A stretch of 64,000 nucleotides of DNA from the NCBI GenBank assembly GCA_963827685.1, contig CAWHBU010000002.1, forward strand, positions 160,001-224,000, given 5' to 3'. A program made the position numbers and the translations under genes. The stretch comes from an uncultured delta proteobacterium. Lineage in GTDB: Bacteria > Desulfobacterota > BSN033 > UBA1163. The notes under the pieces were generated by a model. The model ran no database searches. It was not told the DNA's origin and worked only from the letters and a program-made list of their open reading frames with translations. Shown in pieces: positions 10,023 to 19,982 of this stretch (position 1 is the stretch's first letter; each line of letters starts with the position of its first letter).

Positions 10023-11450
10023 ATGAAAAGTTTAAATCAAGCTGAACTTACTAAGATGATCGAAATATTAGAGGGGATTGTATCTAAAGGATATGTTGCT
10101 ACAAATATCTTTGAACGTATCAAAAACACCCTTGATGTGTTCCCATATGAAGTTGAAAAAGGACAAATTTGCCACGTCGTGGTTATGGCCGGATCAAGAA
10201 GCGAGGTCAGTGAAGTTATGAAATACTCTAATAGTGTAAAGATGCCTGTATTTATCAGAGGATCTGGAACACACTTAGGAGGCGCCTATAGGCCCCATAT
10301 GCCTGGTATCGTTATCAATACGCATAGGCTTAGTAAGATAGAGTTGTACGAAGATTATGGCTTTTTTGAATGCGAGCCAGGATGTATAGTTGGTAAAGTT
10401 GGTGATAAGTTAGCTGAATTAGGATATTTCCTTCCCATGGCACCGGGTAGCCGTGATACTGCAACTATGGGGGGATTAATTGTCAACAACACAAGTGGAC
10501 ACATTGTGGATTCCTCTATTGGAAAACCTGGAGATTACGTTCTGGGACTAGAGGTGGTCCTCCCCAATGGTGATATCATTGAGACTGGGACCAAAGGCTT
10601 GAGAAGGCCTGCCGGCACTGACCTAACCAAATTGTTTCTCGGGAGTGACGGACTTTTAGGGGTGATAACGAAAATCAGGATGAGGCTGGTTCCGGCAGTA
10701 AAACAAGCATATGGACTTGCAGTTTATAATGATCTCCTTTCTTTAGCACGGGGTGTGCAAAGAATGTACATGGAGAGATGCCCAGCTCCTTTGTTTATGG
10801 AATTCCTAGATGCTGGAAGCGCCAAGATCGGGTTCGAACTTAGGGGATTAGAACCCCCGAGGGGAGCTGTAAACATTTTTGTAAGTATTGGTCATTCAGA
10901 AGAAGAAGCATCTGAAAAAGCAGATACGGTTTTAAAGTCACTCAAAGCAGAAGGCCCACTCGATGCATATCAGGTGAAAGATGTGACTATTTGGAATAAA
11001 ATCTGGTCTTCCAGAGAGGTTATTGGTTCTAATCTGATGCAGCAACGTGGAGAACAACTCAAAACTGCAGAAATAGTTTCTAACCTGAAGGAGTTGGTTT
11101 ACTGTATGGAGGATTGTGTAGATTTTAATAGAGGGTTGCCATTATTGAGTCAGCTGGAGCTTTATCTCTTTGGCCATATTGGTGCTTTGACATTTCATCC
11201 TGCATGTTTAATTCCCCGACATTGGGATAATGATAAAAAGAAAATGGCTATTAATGAGCTATTTCAAAAAGATGCGGAGCTAAACGTTAAATATAGCACG
11301 TGTGGTGGTGAATGGGGACAGTTTGCGAAGAGAAAGGATTTCTTTATAAAAAGATATGGTGAAAAGAGCTATCAAATCGTAAAGGATTTGAAAAAAATGT
11401 TCGACCCTAATAATATTTTAAACCCTGGCATTTTGGAAGGTTATCGATGA
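10023..11450 (+). CDS. FAD-binding GlcD/D-2-hydroxyacid dehydrogenase-like oxidoreductase (divergent active site)
   Basis: RGSGT, ATMGG, LEVVLPNG, GSDGLLGVIT, FDPNNILNPG. Confidence 0.88.
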   Translation: MKSLNQAELTKMIEILEGIVSKGYVATNIFERIKNTLDVFPYEVEKGQICHVVVMAGSRSEVSEVMKYSNSVKMPVFIRGSGTHLGGAYRPHMPGIVINTHRLSKIELYEDYGFFECEPGCIVGKVGDKLAELGYFLPMAPGSRDTATMGGLIVNNTSGHIVDSSIGKPGDYVLGLEVVLPNGDIIETGTKGLRRPAGTDLTKLFLGSDGLLGVITKIRMRLVPAVKQAYGLAVYNDLLSLARGVQRMYMERCPAPLFMEFLDAGSAKIGFELRGLEPPRGAVNIFVSIGHSEEEASEKADTVLKSLKAEGPLDAYQVKDVTIWNKIWSSREVIGSNLMQQRGEQLKTAEIVSNLKELVYCMEDCVDFNRGLPLLSQLELYLFGHIGALTFHPACLIPRHWDNDKKKMAINELFQKDAELNVKYSTCGGEWGQFAKRKDFFIKRYGEKSYQIVKDLKKMFDPNNILNPGILEGYR

Positions 11451-11496
11451 AAAAGTTGACATACTATTTAAGTTCCGTAGCAAGGGGGAGAAGCCA

Positions 11497-12699
11497 GTGA
11501 ATGAAGAAAATATTATTGACAAATTGAAAGAGACCATCGTGGACATTGCCCAAAGATGCAGGAACTGCAACAATTGTTATTCAGTTTGTCCACTATTTGA
11601 ATCCACAAGAGGATTTCAGGTCCAAGGTCCATCGGGTATACTACAAGCCATTTCCTATGGGATTAAATGGGACGAACTAGAGGGAGATGAAAGAGAAATC
11701 TTGAGAAATATACTATATGCTTGTACTACCTGTTACAGTTGTGTTTTGAAGTGTAAGAGTAGAGCATCTGGTGTTCCCATTTTAGATGCTATACAGGGAG
11801 GTCGAAAGCTGTTAGTTGAGTTGATGATAGGGCCAATGCCTAAACAGATCAAGGTATTAGAATCTTTAGAGCAGGAAGGAAATCCATATGATGAACTCGC
11901 ATTAAAGCGATTGGATTGGTTGAAAGATTTGGGGAAAGAGAGATCGCTTAATAGCAAGCTTTTACCAAGAGATAAGGCTGAAATTTTGCTATTTGCGGGT
12001 TGCACGGCTTCCTATAATGTTGATCTGAAGAATGTAGCATCCTCCGTAGTAAGATTGTTAGAGGCTGTCGGAGCCGATTACGGAGTACTGGAACAGGAGA
12101 AATGTTGTGGTTACCCGGCGAAGAGAATGGGAGAAGAGGGTTTATTCGGAGACCTTGCCCAAGATAATTTAGAAAAATTTAATGGAAGCGGTGTTCAAAC
12201 CATCCTCACCATTTCACCTCACTGTTCCAATATCTTTGTCAATGAATATCCTGATGGTATAAAGAAATTCAAAATTCAACACTACACAGAGTTTTTCGCA
12301 GACATGATCGGGAGCAAGAAACTCAATCCCAAGTTCATGGGGGAGAGGGTTGTAACCTACCAAGATCCCTGTGATTTGGGAAAGAGACAAGGCGTTTACG
12401 ATCCCCCGAGGGAGGTTCTAAAGAGTCTCCCCGGTGTCTCCCTCGTTGAGATGAAAAGAAATAGGGAGAACAGTCTATGTTGTGGCGGAGGTGGCGGAAG
12501 AATGTGGATTGAAACTGAGGAGACCCAAAGACTGTCGGAGACAAGGGTGAAAGAAGCTTTGGCCGCGGGGGCTGAAACCATTGCGACCGCTTGCCCTTGG
12601 TGCCATATTCAGCTGGAAGATGCCGTTAAGACAATTGGTAATGGGAGAAAAATAAAGGTTAAAGACGTTGCCGAACTCTTGGCGGAATCTATCAAATAA
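11497..12699 (+). CDS. GlcF/HdrD-like Fe-S protein (2x[4Fe-4S] plus two CCG domains)
   Basis: CRNCNNCYSVCP, CTTCYSCVLKC, EKCCG, YQDPC, CCGGGGG, ACPWC. Confidence 0.9.
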   Translation: MNEENIIDKLKETIVDIAQRCRNCNNCYSVCPLFESTRGFQVQGPSGILQAISYGIKWDELEGDEREILRNILYACTTCYSCVLKCKSRASGVPILDAIQGGRKLLVELMIGPMPKQIKVLESLEQEGNPYDELALKRLDWLKDLGKERSLNSKLLPRDKAEILLFAGCTASYNVDLKNVASSVVRLLEAVGADYGVLEQEKCCGYPAKRMGEEGLFGDLAQDNLEKFNGSGVQTILTISPHCSNIFVNEYPDGIKKFKIQHYTEFFADMIGSKKLNPKFMGERVVTYQDPCDLGKRQGVYDPPREVLKSLPGVSLVEMKRNRENSLCCGGGGGRMWIETEETQRLSETRVKEALAAGAETIATACPWCHIQLEDAVKTIGNGRKIKVKDVAELLAESIK

Positions 12700-12714
12700 A
12701 GTCAGAGGACTGCT

Positions 12715-13503
12715 GTGATGGAGATTTTTGTTTGTTTACGACAGACGCCCATTATCAAAGGAGAACCCAAAATCCGGACGGACAGGAAATCGTTGGATCT
12801 TTCTGGGATTAACCGACACACAAATGAATGGGATACGTATGCCTTGGAGGAAGCCCTTGAGATAGTACAGAAATATGGCGGGAATGTGACAATTGTTTCA
12901 TTAGGCCCAAAAGAGGTGGAAGATGTGCTTTTCCATGGTTTGGCAGCCGGAGCAGGAAAAGCAATACATATTGTGACGCCGGACCAACAAGAAATTGATA
13001 ATTGGATGATCAGTAATGTGCTCAATCATTTCATTAACAAACAACCCTTCGATCTGATCTTGACGGGAGTCCAGGCAGAAGACGATGGGTGTGCTGAGAT
13101 CGGGCCAGCCCTTGCTTATCTTTTGAAAATCCCCCATGCAACCATGGTGATAAAGACTGAATATGAGAAGGATCAGAAAGAAATGAAGGTGATCAGGGAA
13201 TTGGAAAGCGGATACAAGGAGTCTCTCTGTCTAAGGCTGCCAGCTCTATTGACCATCCAGACGGGAATTAACCAGCCTCGATATGTATCCACAATGAGGT
13301 TAAGAAGATTCAAAAAGGAAGAAGCGATTACAAAGCTTTCTTTTTTGGATATCGCCTCAGAATTGAAGATCATACCGAGAATGGAGATTTTGGAAGTTTG
13401 CTCGTACAAACCGGAGGCTTCCCAAGTAGAGTGGTTGGAGGGAGGAACCCCAGCGATCGTTGATCAATTGTTTGAACGGTTGCGTGCGAAAGGGGTTTTA
13501 TAA
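12715..13503 (+). CDS. etfB: Electron transfer flavoprotein beta subunit
   Basis: NEWDTYALEEAL, DLILTGVQAED, RELE, NQPRY. Confidence 0.92.
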   Translation: MMEIFVCLRQTPIIKGEPKIRTDRKSLDLSGINRHTNEWDTYALEEALEIVQKYGGNVTIVSLGPKEVEDVLFHGLAAGAGKAIHIVTPDQQEIDNWMISNVLNHFINKQPFDLILTGVQAEDDGCAEIGPALAYLLKIPHATMVIKTEYEKDQKEMKVIRELESGYKESLCLRLPALLTIQTGINQPRYVSTMRLRRFKKEEAITKLSFLDIASELKIIPRMEILEVCSYKPEASQVEWLEGGTPAIVDQLFERLRAKGVL

Positions 13504-13504
13504 A

Positions 13505-14482
13505 ATGAGTGGTAAGATTCTACTGATCGTTGAGCATAGAGAAAATGAGATTAGAGAAGTTGTCTGGGAGCTCCTTTCGGGGATCGGAAAATGGGCTGAA
13601 GATCATAAGATGAAACTGGAAGGGGTGCTATTAGGACAGAGCCAAGAGGAGTTCGTCAATGAATTGGCAGGATCCTTAAGTAGACTATATTATGTCGAGG
13701 ATAAAAACTTAGTGTATTACACATGGGAACATTATCTGAGTGCCCTGATACCGCTTATTCAAAAAGTGAGACCTAGTTTGGTCATCCTCGGGCATACCAG
13801 TATGGGTATGGATCTGGGGCCGAGACTTGCTGCATCAATGTGCAGCCCCTATCTTCCCGATTGTCTTGGCTTGGAATTCCGTGAGGTAGGTCTCGTTGTA
13901 ACACGGGAACTTTTCGGAGGCAAACTTAATGCTAAAGTTAAAGCGATTCCGAGTGAGCATTATTTTTTAACAGTAAGACCTGGAATATTCAATCCCAGTG
14001 CAGCGAGGAAAGGGAAAAAGCAGGTCGAGAAAATCCCTTACACAATCGATGCGAAAGGGTTCATGACAAAGTGGTTGGAATTAATGAAGCCATCTCACGA
14101 GGCAGTCGATATAAGCAAGTCAGATATTGTCATTGGAGTGGGTAGAGGAATCGGAGATAAAGATAAATTGAAAGTGGTAGAGGATTTGGCAAGAGCAACG
14201 GGAGGTGCTTTGGCGGCCACCCGGCCTGTCATCGATAACGGATGGCTGCCTGGAGAGAGACAGGTCGGGCAGTCGGGAAAGACCGTTAGACCCAAACTAT
14301 ACATCGCCTGTGGTATCAGTGGAGCATCCCAGCACAATATCGGAGTGAAGAAATCAGAGACGATTGTAGCCATTAATGTGGATCCGAGAGCGCCCATTTT
14401 CAGAATTGCTCATTATGGGATCGTCGGAGATTTATTTGAAATTGTCCCAGCGATCACGGAAAAGATTCGGTCGATGAAATAA
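13505..14482 (+). CDS. etfA: Electron transfer flavoprotein alpha subunit
   Basis: GVGRG, QVGQSGKTV.PKLYIACGISGASQH, AINVDP.APIF; ATG at 13505 directly after the etfB stop. Confidence 0.95.
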   Translation: MSGKILLIVEHRENEIREVVWELLSGIGKWAEDHKMKLEGVLLGQSQEEFVNELAGSLSRLYYVEDKNLVYYTWEHYLSALIPLIQKVRPSLVILGHTSMGMDLGPRLAASMCSPYLPDCLGLEFREVGLVVTRELFGGKLNAKVKAIPSEHYFLTVRPGIFNPSAARKGKKQVEKIPYTIDAKGFMTKWLELMKPSHEAVDISKSDIVIGVGRGIGDKDKLKVVEDLARATGGALAATRPVIDNGWLPGERQVGQSGKTVRPKLYIACGISGASQHNIGVKKSETIVAINVDPRAPIFRIAHYGIVGDLFEIVPAITEKIRSMK

Positions 14483-14500
14483 ATTTCGTGAAATAGAGTC

Positions 14501-16588
14501 ATGAGCTTAGAGTTGATTGCAACGAGAGAAGTTTTCTTAGGATTCTCTTCCGGTTTAAAAGTGGCTTTTTATGCCGTCGCATTTTTCTTCCTAGGTCTTT
14601 TCATTTGGGGTCTAATTCAAAGATATAAGAAGTATCGCTGCGGGAGGGAACATGAAGGGATTACGGACATTGGTGAAAGAATAGTGATGTCCCTGAAAAC
14701 TTCTCTCAGTAATGTAACGCTCATCAGGGATGATCCTTATTCTGGGATCTCCCACCTTTTCATGATGTGGGGTTTCGTTATTCTCCTGATAGGAACAATG
14801 ATCATTGCCTTCAACTTCGATATCCTTTCTTTGATCAATAAGAATTGGAACTTCTGGCATGGATCGTTTTATTTGTGGTTCTCTTTCCTTTTAGATTTGT
14901 TTGGTCTCTTGCTCCTCATTGGAATTCTCATGATGGTTTTTAGGAGAACAGTTTGGAGATCCCCACGCTTGGATTATCACAGAGTAGATAGGGGAGTTGG
15001 GAATTATGATCGAAAAAGGTATGTGCTTGGTGATTGGATTTTCCTGGGAAGCTTATTGGTGATCTGTGTGAGTGGGTTCTTGCTGGAAGGAATACGGATA
15101 GCTATCACCCATCCCCTTGATAGTGCTTGGTCGTTCGTAGGAAAGATCGTTGGAGAAGTGCTCTCAGATGAAATGGGGATCGGGGGAGGGTTAACCACCT
15201 ATAAGGTGGTTTGGTGGTTTCATGGGCTTCTGAGCCTCATGTTTATTGCTTATCTTCCATTTTCCAAAGGAGTTCATGTCATTGTCGATTTCGTCAACGT
15301 ATTTTTTAAAACGGATCAGAGAGGGAGGGTCCCTCCTTTCTTTAAGGAGGAAATGAATTTCGATAGACCTGGCTACATTGAATTGAAAAATTTCACTTGG
15401 AAAGAGTTGTTGGATATGGATGCCTGTACAAAATGTGGGAGATGCCACATCTCATGTCCTGCCGTAATTTCAGGCCTGCCATTATCACCTAGGGATTTCA
15501 TATTAGATCTTCGCGATTTCCTCTCCGCAAAAGCAAAAATGGTCGCGTTTTGGGATAGCGAGGCCAGAGCAAATCAATGCGAGAAGGTAGTCGGTGGTCT
15601 TATAAGGGAAAAAACCCTTTGGTCATGCACCACCTGTTTGTCTTGTACAGAACACTGTCCCGTGTTCATCCAGCATCTGCCTCTCATCATTAAAATGAGA
15701 AGGCATATGATAGAGGAGGGGGGCGTTGACGGAGGTATCCAAAATGCCTTTGTCAATGTTTCAGAGTGTGGAAATTCATTTGGTGAGGAAGGTGCGAATC
15801 GGGGGAAATGGGGGAAAGCCCTTCATTTTAAGGTGAAGGATATTAGAAAAGAATCTGCAGAAGTTTTATGGTTTGTTGGGGATTTCGCCTCCTTCGATAA
15901 CAGGGCTGTAGAGGCAACAAAGGCCTTCGCCCGTGTGTTAGGCATCTTCGGCGTTGATTTTGGTATTTTATATGATGGTGAGAGAAATGCCGGAAATGAT
16001 ATTCGACGAATAGGAGAAGAGGGGCTGTTTGAAGAGCTTTGCGAGCACAATAGTAAGATGTTAAAAGGATGCCAATTTGATAGGGTCGTGACCGCAGACC
16101 CCCATTCGATGAACAGTTTGAAGTATGATTATCCAGACCTCGGGCACCCGATCCTCCATCACACGGAATTGCTTAATGAACTCATCCGGAGGGGGAAAAT
16201 TCAACCGAAAAAAAGACTGAGCTACAGAGTTACCTATCATGATCCCTGCTATCTGGGGCGTTATTCAGGGATATATGAATCTCCCAGAAATCTATTGAAA
16301 CATTTAGGAGTGGATTTGGTGGAAATGTCCCACTCAGGTCGAAATAGTCTGTGCTGTGGAGCGGGTGGAGGAAGGGTGTGGATATCGGAGAGGGAGAACT
16401 TCGAGGTGCGTTTGAGCCATATGAGAATTAAGGAAGCCCAAGATGCACAAGCCAATTGTATCGCGGTCTCATGTCCCAAGTGTCTTGTGATGTTTGAAGA
16501 TGCCCTTAAAGCAATGGGGCTTAACAAAGAGCTTGTTGTGAAGGACGTTAGCGAATTGCTGTTAGAATCTCTGGACGCGGCTCCTTAA
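14501..16588 (+). CDS. Membrane-bound Fe-S oxidoreductase (NarI-like cytochrome b + 2x[4Fe-4S] + CCG; FadF/HdrF/ETF:quinone oxidoreductase type)
   Basis: Several TM helices with His, then CTKCGRCHISCP, CTTCLSCTEHCP, YHDPCYLGR, CCGAGGG; directly after etfBA. Confidence 0.9.
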   Translation: MSLELIATREVFLGFSSGLKVAFYAVAFFFLGLFIWGLIQRYKKYRCGREHEGITDIGERIVMSLKTSLSNVTLIRDDPYSGISHLFMMWGFVILLIGTMIIAFNFDILSLINKNWNFWHGSFYLWFSFLLDLFGLLLLIGILMMVFRRTVWRSPRLDYHRVDRGVGNYDRKRYVLGDWIFLGSLLVICVSGFLLEGIRIAITHPLDSAWSFVGKIVGEVLSDEMGIGGGLTTYKVVWWFHGLLSLMFIAYLPFSKGVHVIVDFVNVFFKTDQRGRVPPFFKEEMNFDRPGYIELKNFTWKELLDMDACTKCGRCHISCPAVISGLPLSPRDFILDLRDFLSAKAKMVAFWDSEARANQCEKVVGGLIREKTLWSCTTCLSCTEHCPVFIQHLPLIIKMRRHMIEEGGVDGGIQNAFVNVSECGNSFGEEGANRGKWGKALHFKVKDIRKESAEVLWFVGDFASFDNRAVEATKAFARVLGIFGVDFGILYDGERNAGNDIRRIGEEGLFEELCEHNSKMLKGCQFDRVVTADPHSMNSLKYDYPDLGHPILHHTELLNELIRRGKIQPKKRLSYRVTYHDPCYLGRYSGIYESPRNLLKHLGVDLVEMSHSGRNSLCCGAGGGRVWISERENFEVRLSHMRIKEAQDAQANCIAVSCPKCLVMFEDALKAMGLNKELVVKDVSELLLESLDAAP

Positions 16589-16665
16589 AGTTACAAAACA
16601 CCACCAATTTCATTTGATAATAGCTGATATTTCAATCTTAGCAACTTCTATGGATAAGGTAAATA

Positions 16666-17016
16666 ATGAACGAAACCTGTCCTAACACAAATTTTAAAAT
16701 TGCAGACCAAGATGAGAAGAAAAGAGATAAACCACAAATAGACATCTTTAGGGCTTGGTGTAAGGCTTGCGGAATTTGTGTGGCTTTTTGTCCAACGGGT
16801 GCTTTGACCAAAGACGAAGCAGGCAATCCCTATGTGAAGGACATTGAGAAATGTATTAACTGCGGATGGTGTGAGATCCGGTGTCCGGATTTTGCCATCA
16901 CAGTTGAAACTAAAACCAAGGGGAAAAAGAGGGTTGAAGTAAAAGATGGAGAAGAAGAGACAAAGCCAAAGGGAGAAGAAGTCTCACCCGAAAGAATTGT
17001 TGCTTCAGGGCAATGA
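16666..17016 (+). CDS. korD: 2-oxoacid:ferredoxin oxidoreductase delta subunit (2x[4Fe-4S] ferredoxin)
   Basis: CKACGICVAFCP and CINCGWCEIRCPDFAI; precedes the alpha subunit. Confidence 0.88.
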   Translation: MNETCPNTNFKIADQDEKKRDKPQIDIFRAWCKACGICVAFCPTGALTKDEAGNPYVKDIEKCINCGWCEIRCPDFAITVETKTKGKKRVEVKDGEEETKPKGEEVSPERIVASGQ

Positions 17017-18115
17017 AGCTGTGGTGGAGGGAGCCCTCCGAGCAGGCTGCCGTTTCTTTGCAGGCTATCCGATTACTCCCGCTACTGAAATTTCCGAAAT
17101 CCTGTCGGTTAAGCTTCCTCAAGTGGACGGGACCTTCATCCAGATGGAGGATGAGATTGCAAGCCTGGGTGCAGTGATTGGAGCCTCTCTGGCGGGGGTG
17201 AAGTCCATGACAGCGACCAGCGGTCCGGGATTCTCCTTGATGCAGGAAAACCTTGGCTTCGCGATCATTGCGGAGGTTCCTTGTGTGATCGTCGATGTCA
17301 TGCGAGGGGGGCCGAGCACCGGGCTTCCGACCTTTCCCTCTCAAAGCGATGTGATGCAGGCACGATGGGGAACCCACGGGGATCATCCGATCATTGTCCT
17401 TTCCGCTTCAACCGTCCGTGAATGTTATGAGATGACCATGAAGTCCTTCAACTTTTCGGAAAGATTTCGAACACCCGTGATCCTTCTGATCGATGAGGTT
17501 GTCGCTCACATGCGTGAGAAGATGGTGCTTACGGACGGAGGGGAGGTTGAAATTTTCAATCGGGTCAAGCCCACGGTTCCACCGGAATGGTATATTCCTT
17601 TTCAGGATACGCCCAGTGGCATTCCAGCCATGGCTAATTTTGGGGAAGGCTACCGATATCACGTCACAGGTCTCACCCATGACATTCGGGGCTTTCCTAC
17701 ATTGAGACCGGACGAGATCGGTCCCTTTATCGCGAGGCTCCATCGGAAGGTCAGTCAGCATTTCTCGGAGATTCAGATGGCTGAGTTTTTCCAGACAGAG
17801 GATGCTGACATCATCATTGTTGCATATGGATGTGTGGCTCGATCCGCTAAAAGGGCGGTGATTGAGGCGAGAGAGAAGGGCTTGAAAGTGGGGCTTCTCA
17901 AGCTGGTGACGATCTGGCCCTTCGTGAGGTCGGCCGTAGAAAAAGTCCTTCAGGTCTCGAAAATCCTTATTGTACCCGAGATGAATATGGGCCAGATCTC
18001 TCGTGAAGTGAAACGTGTCAACCGAGGGGTTGCGAAGGTCTTCGCTTTGAACAAAGTGGACGGAACCATCATCACTCCGGAGGAAATAATGAATCGAATT
18101 GTGGAGGTTTCGTGA
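16946..18115 (+). CDS. korA: 2-oxoacid (2-oxoglutarate):ferredoxin oxidoreductase alpha subunit
   Basis: GNEA, FAGYPITP, QMEDE, TATSGPGFSLMQE, RGGPSTG. Confidence 0.94.
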   Translation: MEKKRQSQREKKSHPKELLLQGNEAVVEGALRAGCRFFAGYPITPATEISEILSVKLPQVDGTFIQMEDEIASLGAVIGASLAGVKSMTATSGPGFSLMQENLGFAIIAEVPCVIVDVMRGGPSTGLPTFPSQSDVMQARWGTHGDHPIIVLSASTVRECYEMTMKSFNFSERFRTPVILLIDEVVAHMREKMVLTDGGEVEIFNRVKPTVPPEWYIPFQDTPSGIPAMANFGEGYRYHVTGLTHDIRGFPTLRPDEIGPFIARLHRKVSQHFSEIQMAEFFQTEDADIIIVAYGCVARSAKRAVIEAREKGLKVGLLKLVTIWPFVRSAVEKVLQVSKILIVPEMNMGQISREVKRVNRGVAKVFALNKVDGTIITPEEIMNRIVEVS

Positions 18116-18951
18116 TGGCAGAGGTCACCAAACTCATTCACAAATATCTTCGACATGACAAAAAATTTCCCCATGTCTGGTGCCCGGGCTGCGGAATCGG
18201 GATCATGCTGGGTGCTCTCATCCGGGCCATCGACCGGGTTGGCTATGAAAAGGATGAGATCGTTTTGGTCTCTGGAATCGGGTGTTCGGGAAGACTTCCG
18301 GTCTACGTGGACTTTAATACGCTTCATACAACCCATGGTCGAGCCCTCACCTTCGCGACCGGAGTGAAGCTGGCAAAGCCGAGCCTGAAAGTGATCGTCA
18401 TCATGGGCGACGGCGATGCGGTGGCGATCGGGGGGAATCATTTTATTCATGCGGCCAGAAGAAATATTGACGTCACATCCATCATTCTCAACAACAGTGT
18501 CTACGGAATGACGGGTGGACAGTATTCTCCGACTACTCCCTATGGGATGAGGTCCTCGACGACGGTCTACTCTAATATTGAACAATCCTTCAAGATCTCA
18601 GAATTAGCGGTCACAGCAGGAGCGGTCTTTGTAGGGAGGGGGACGGTTTATCATGCTAAACTTTTGGATAGCCTGATGGAGAAAGCTATTTTAAAAGAGG
18701 GTTTTTCGGTGGTGGAGGTCATTGCCCACTGCCACACGCAATATGGAAGGCAGAATCGTCTTGGCACGGCCGTGGAGATGATAGAATGGCAGCGGGATCA
18801 TGCGGTTATTGTGGAGAAGGCAGCCACGATGAAACCCGAGGAGTTGCAGGATAAGATCGTCATTGGAGTGTTGGCGGATAAGGAGCTTCCGGTTTATCAG
18901 GATGAGTATGAGAAGATTCGGGAGAGGTCGAAGGGGGCCATCGGGAGATAG
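18112..18951 (+). CDS. korB: 2-oxoacid:ferredoxin oxidoreductase beta (TPP-binding) subunit
   Basis: WCPGCG, SGIGCS, HTTHGR, GDGD...IGGNH, NN.VYGMTGGQ.SPTTP. Confidence 0.95.
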   Translation: MMAEVTKLIHKYLRHDKKFPHVWCPGCGIGIMLGALIRAIDRVGYEKDEIVLVSGIGCSGRLPVYVDFNTLHTTHGRALTFATGVKLAKPSLKVIVIMGDGDAVAIGGNHFIHAARRNIDVTSIILNNSVYGMTGGQYSPTTPYGMRSSTTVYSNIEQSFKISELAVTAGAVFVGRGTVYHAKLLDSLMEKAILKEGFSVVEVIAHCHTQYGRQNRLGTAVEMIEWQRDHAVIVEKAATMKPEELQDKIVIGVLADKELPVYQDEYEKIRERSKGAIGR

Positions 18952-18952
18952 G

Positions 18953-19555
18953 ATGGGTTCTCGGTATGAAATACGTCTGAGCGGTTCGGGAGGTCAGGGG
19001 TTGATTCTGATGGGAATCATCTTAGCGGAAGCGATTGGAATTTATGATGGAAAATATGTCGCCCAGACCCAGAGTTACGGGCCAGAGGCCAGAGGGGGGT
19101 CCAGCAAGTCGGAGGTGATCGTCAGCGACAAAGAGATTGACTATCCGAAAGCGATGAAGCTCGACCTTCTCCTTGCGATGAACCAAAAATCTTGTGATGA
19201 GTTTTTTCCAGATTTAAAACCCGAGGGGACCCTGATCGTCGATTCCACCTTTGTCACTCAGCTTCCCACGCCGAAAGCCTTCCAGATTCCCTTTACCCGC
19301 ATTGCGCGGGAGAAGTTCAAAAGGGAGGTTGTGGCGAATATCATCGCTCTGGGAGCTCTGTCTCAATTGACTCCCATCGTCTCGGCAAAAGCAGTTGAAT
19401 CGGCTGTCCTGGCAAGGGTGCCCAGAGGCACAGAGAAATTGAACCGGGATGCCTTGAGGGCGGGGATGAATGCTGCCAAACGGGCGAAGAAAGCGTGGAT
19501 GAAATCGGAAGTGGTTCCAGAGGTTCTCAAAGAAGACCTTTTAGATTCATATTGA
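18953..19555 (+). CDS. korC: 2-oxoacid:ferredoxin oxidoreductase gamma subunit
   Basis: SGSGGQG, QSYGPEARGG, ANIIALG; ATG at 18953. Confidence 0.93.
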   Translation: MGSRYEIRLSGSGGQGLILMGIILAEAIGIYDGKYVAQTQSYGPEARGGSSKSEVIVSDKEIDYPKAMKLDLLLAMNQKSCDEFFPDLKPEGTLIVDSTFVTQLPTPKAFQIPFTRIAREKFKREVVANIIALGALSQLTPIVSAKAVESAVLARVPRGTEKLNRDALRAGMNAAKRAKKAWMKSEVVPEVLKEDLLDSY

Positions 19556-19982
19556 TATACTTAAAGGATCGCTCTCGCCGCTAAGCAAAAGAAATATATC
19601 GATTGTTTTTTCACGAATAAAATTCAACCTTATGGCTATTAGATTGGGTAGGTGAGTAGCTACCGAATTTGAATAACCAGCCACCCTTCCATTACTCATT
19701 GACACCCTGTTCCTAATTTTGTAAATTTCGATTGAAACCAAACCTAAATACAAGCAGCTCGGCGACAGAACTCAAAAACGAATTCTCATGGAAGGAAGAA
19801 GAAATTCCACCCTGACTTGAGAGAAGGAATTCAAGGCGCAGCTTGCACAATCTGACAGATTATTTCTTTTCATAAATAGCCTCCCTCGAAAATGGGATGT
19901 TTCCACATTAAAAGACCTTTCGTTATAAAACCTCGTTGGAATTTTGAAAAGACAGTAACATCTTCGAAAAAAGACTGTTTCC

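Noticed and set aside
16946-17016. 71-nt korD/korA overlap as a frameshift or recoding signal
   Set aside because: Both ORFs are complete and the overlap covers only low-complexity charged tails; no slippery site is needed.
19560-19900. Short minus-strand ORF with a GGGAGG RBS (MKRNNLSDCASC...)
   Set aside because: About 33 codons with no recognisable family; cannot be supported.
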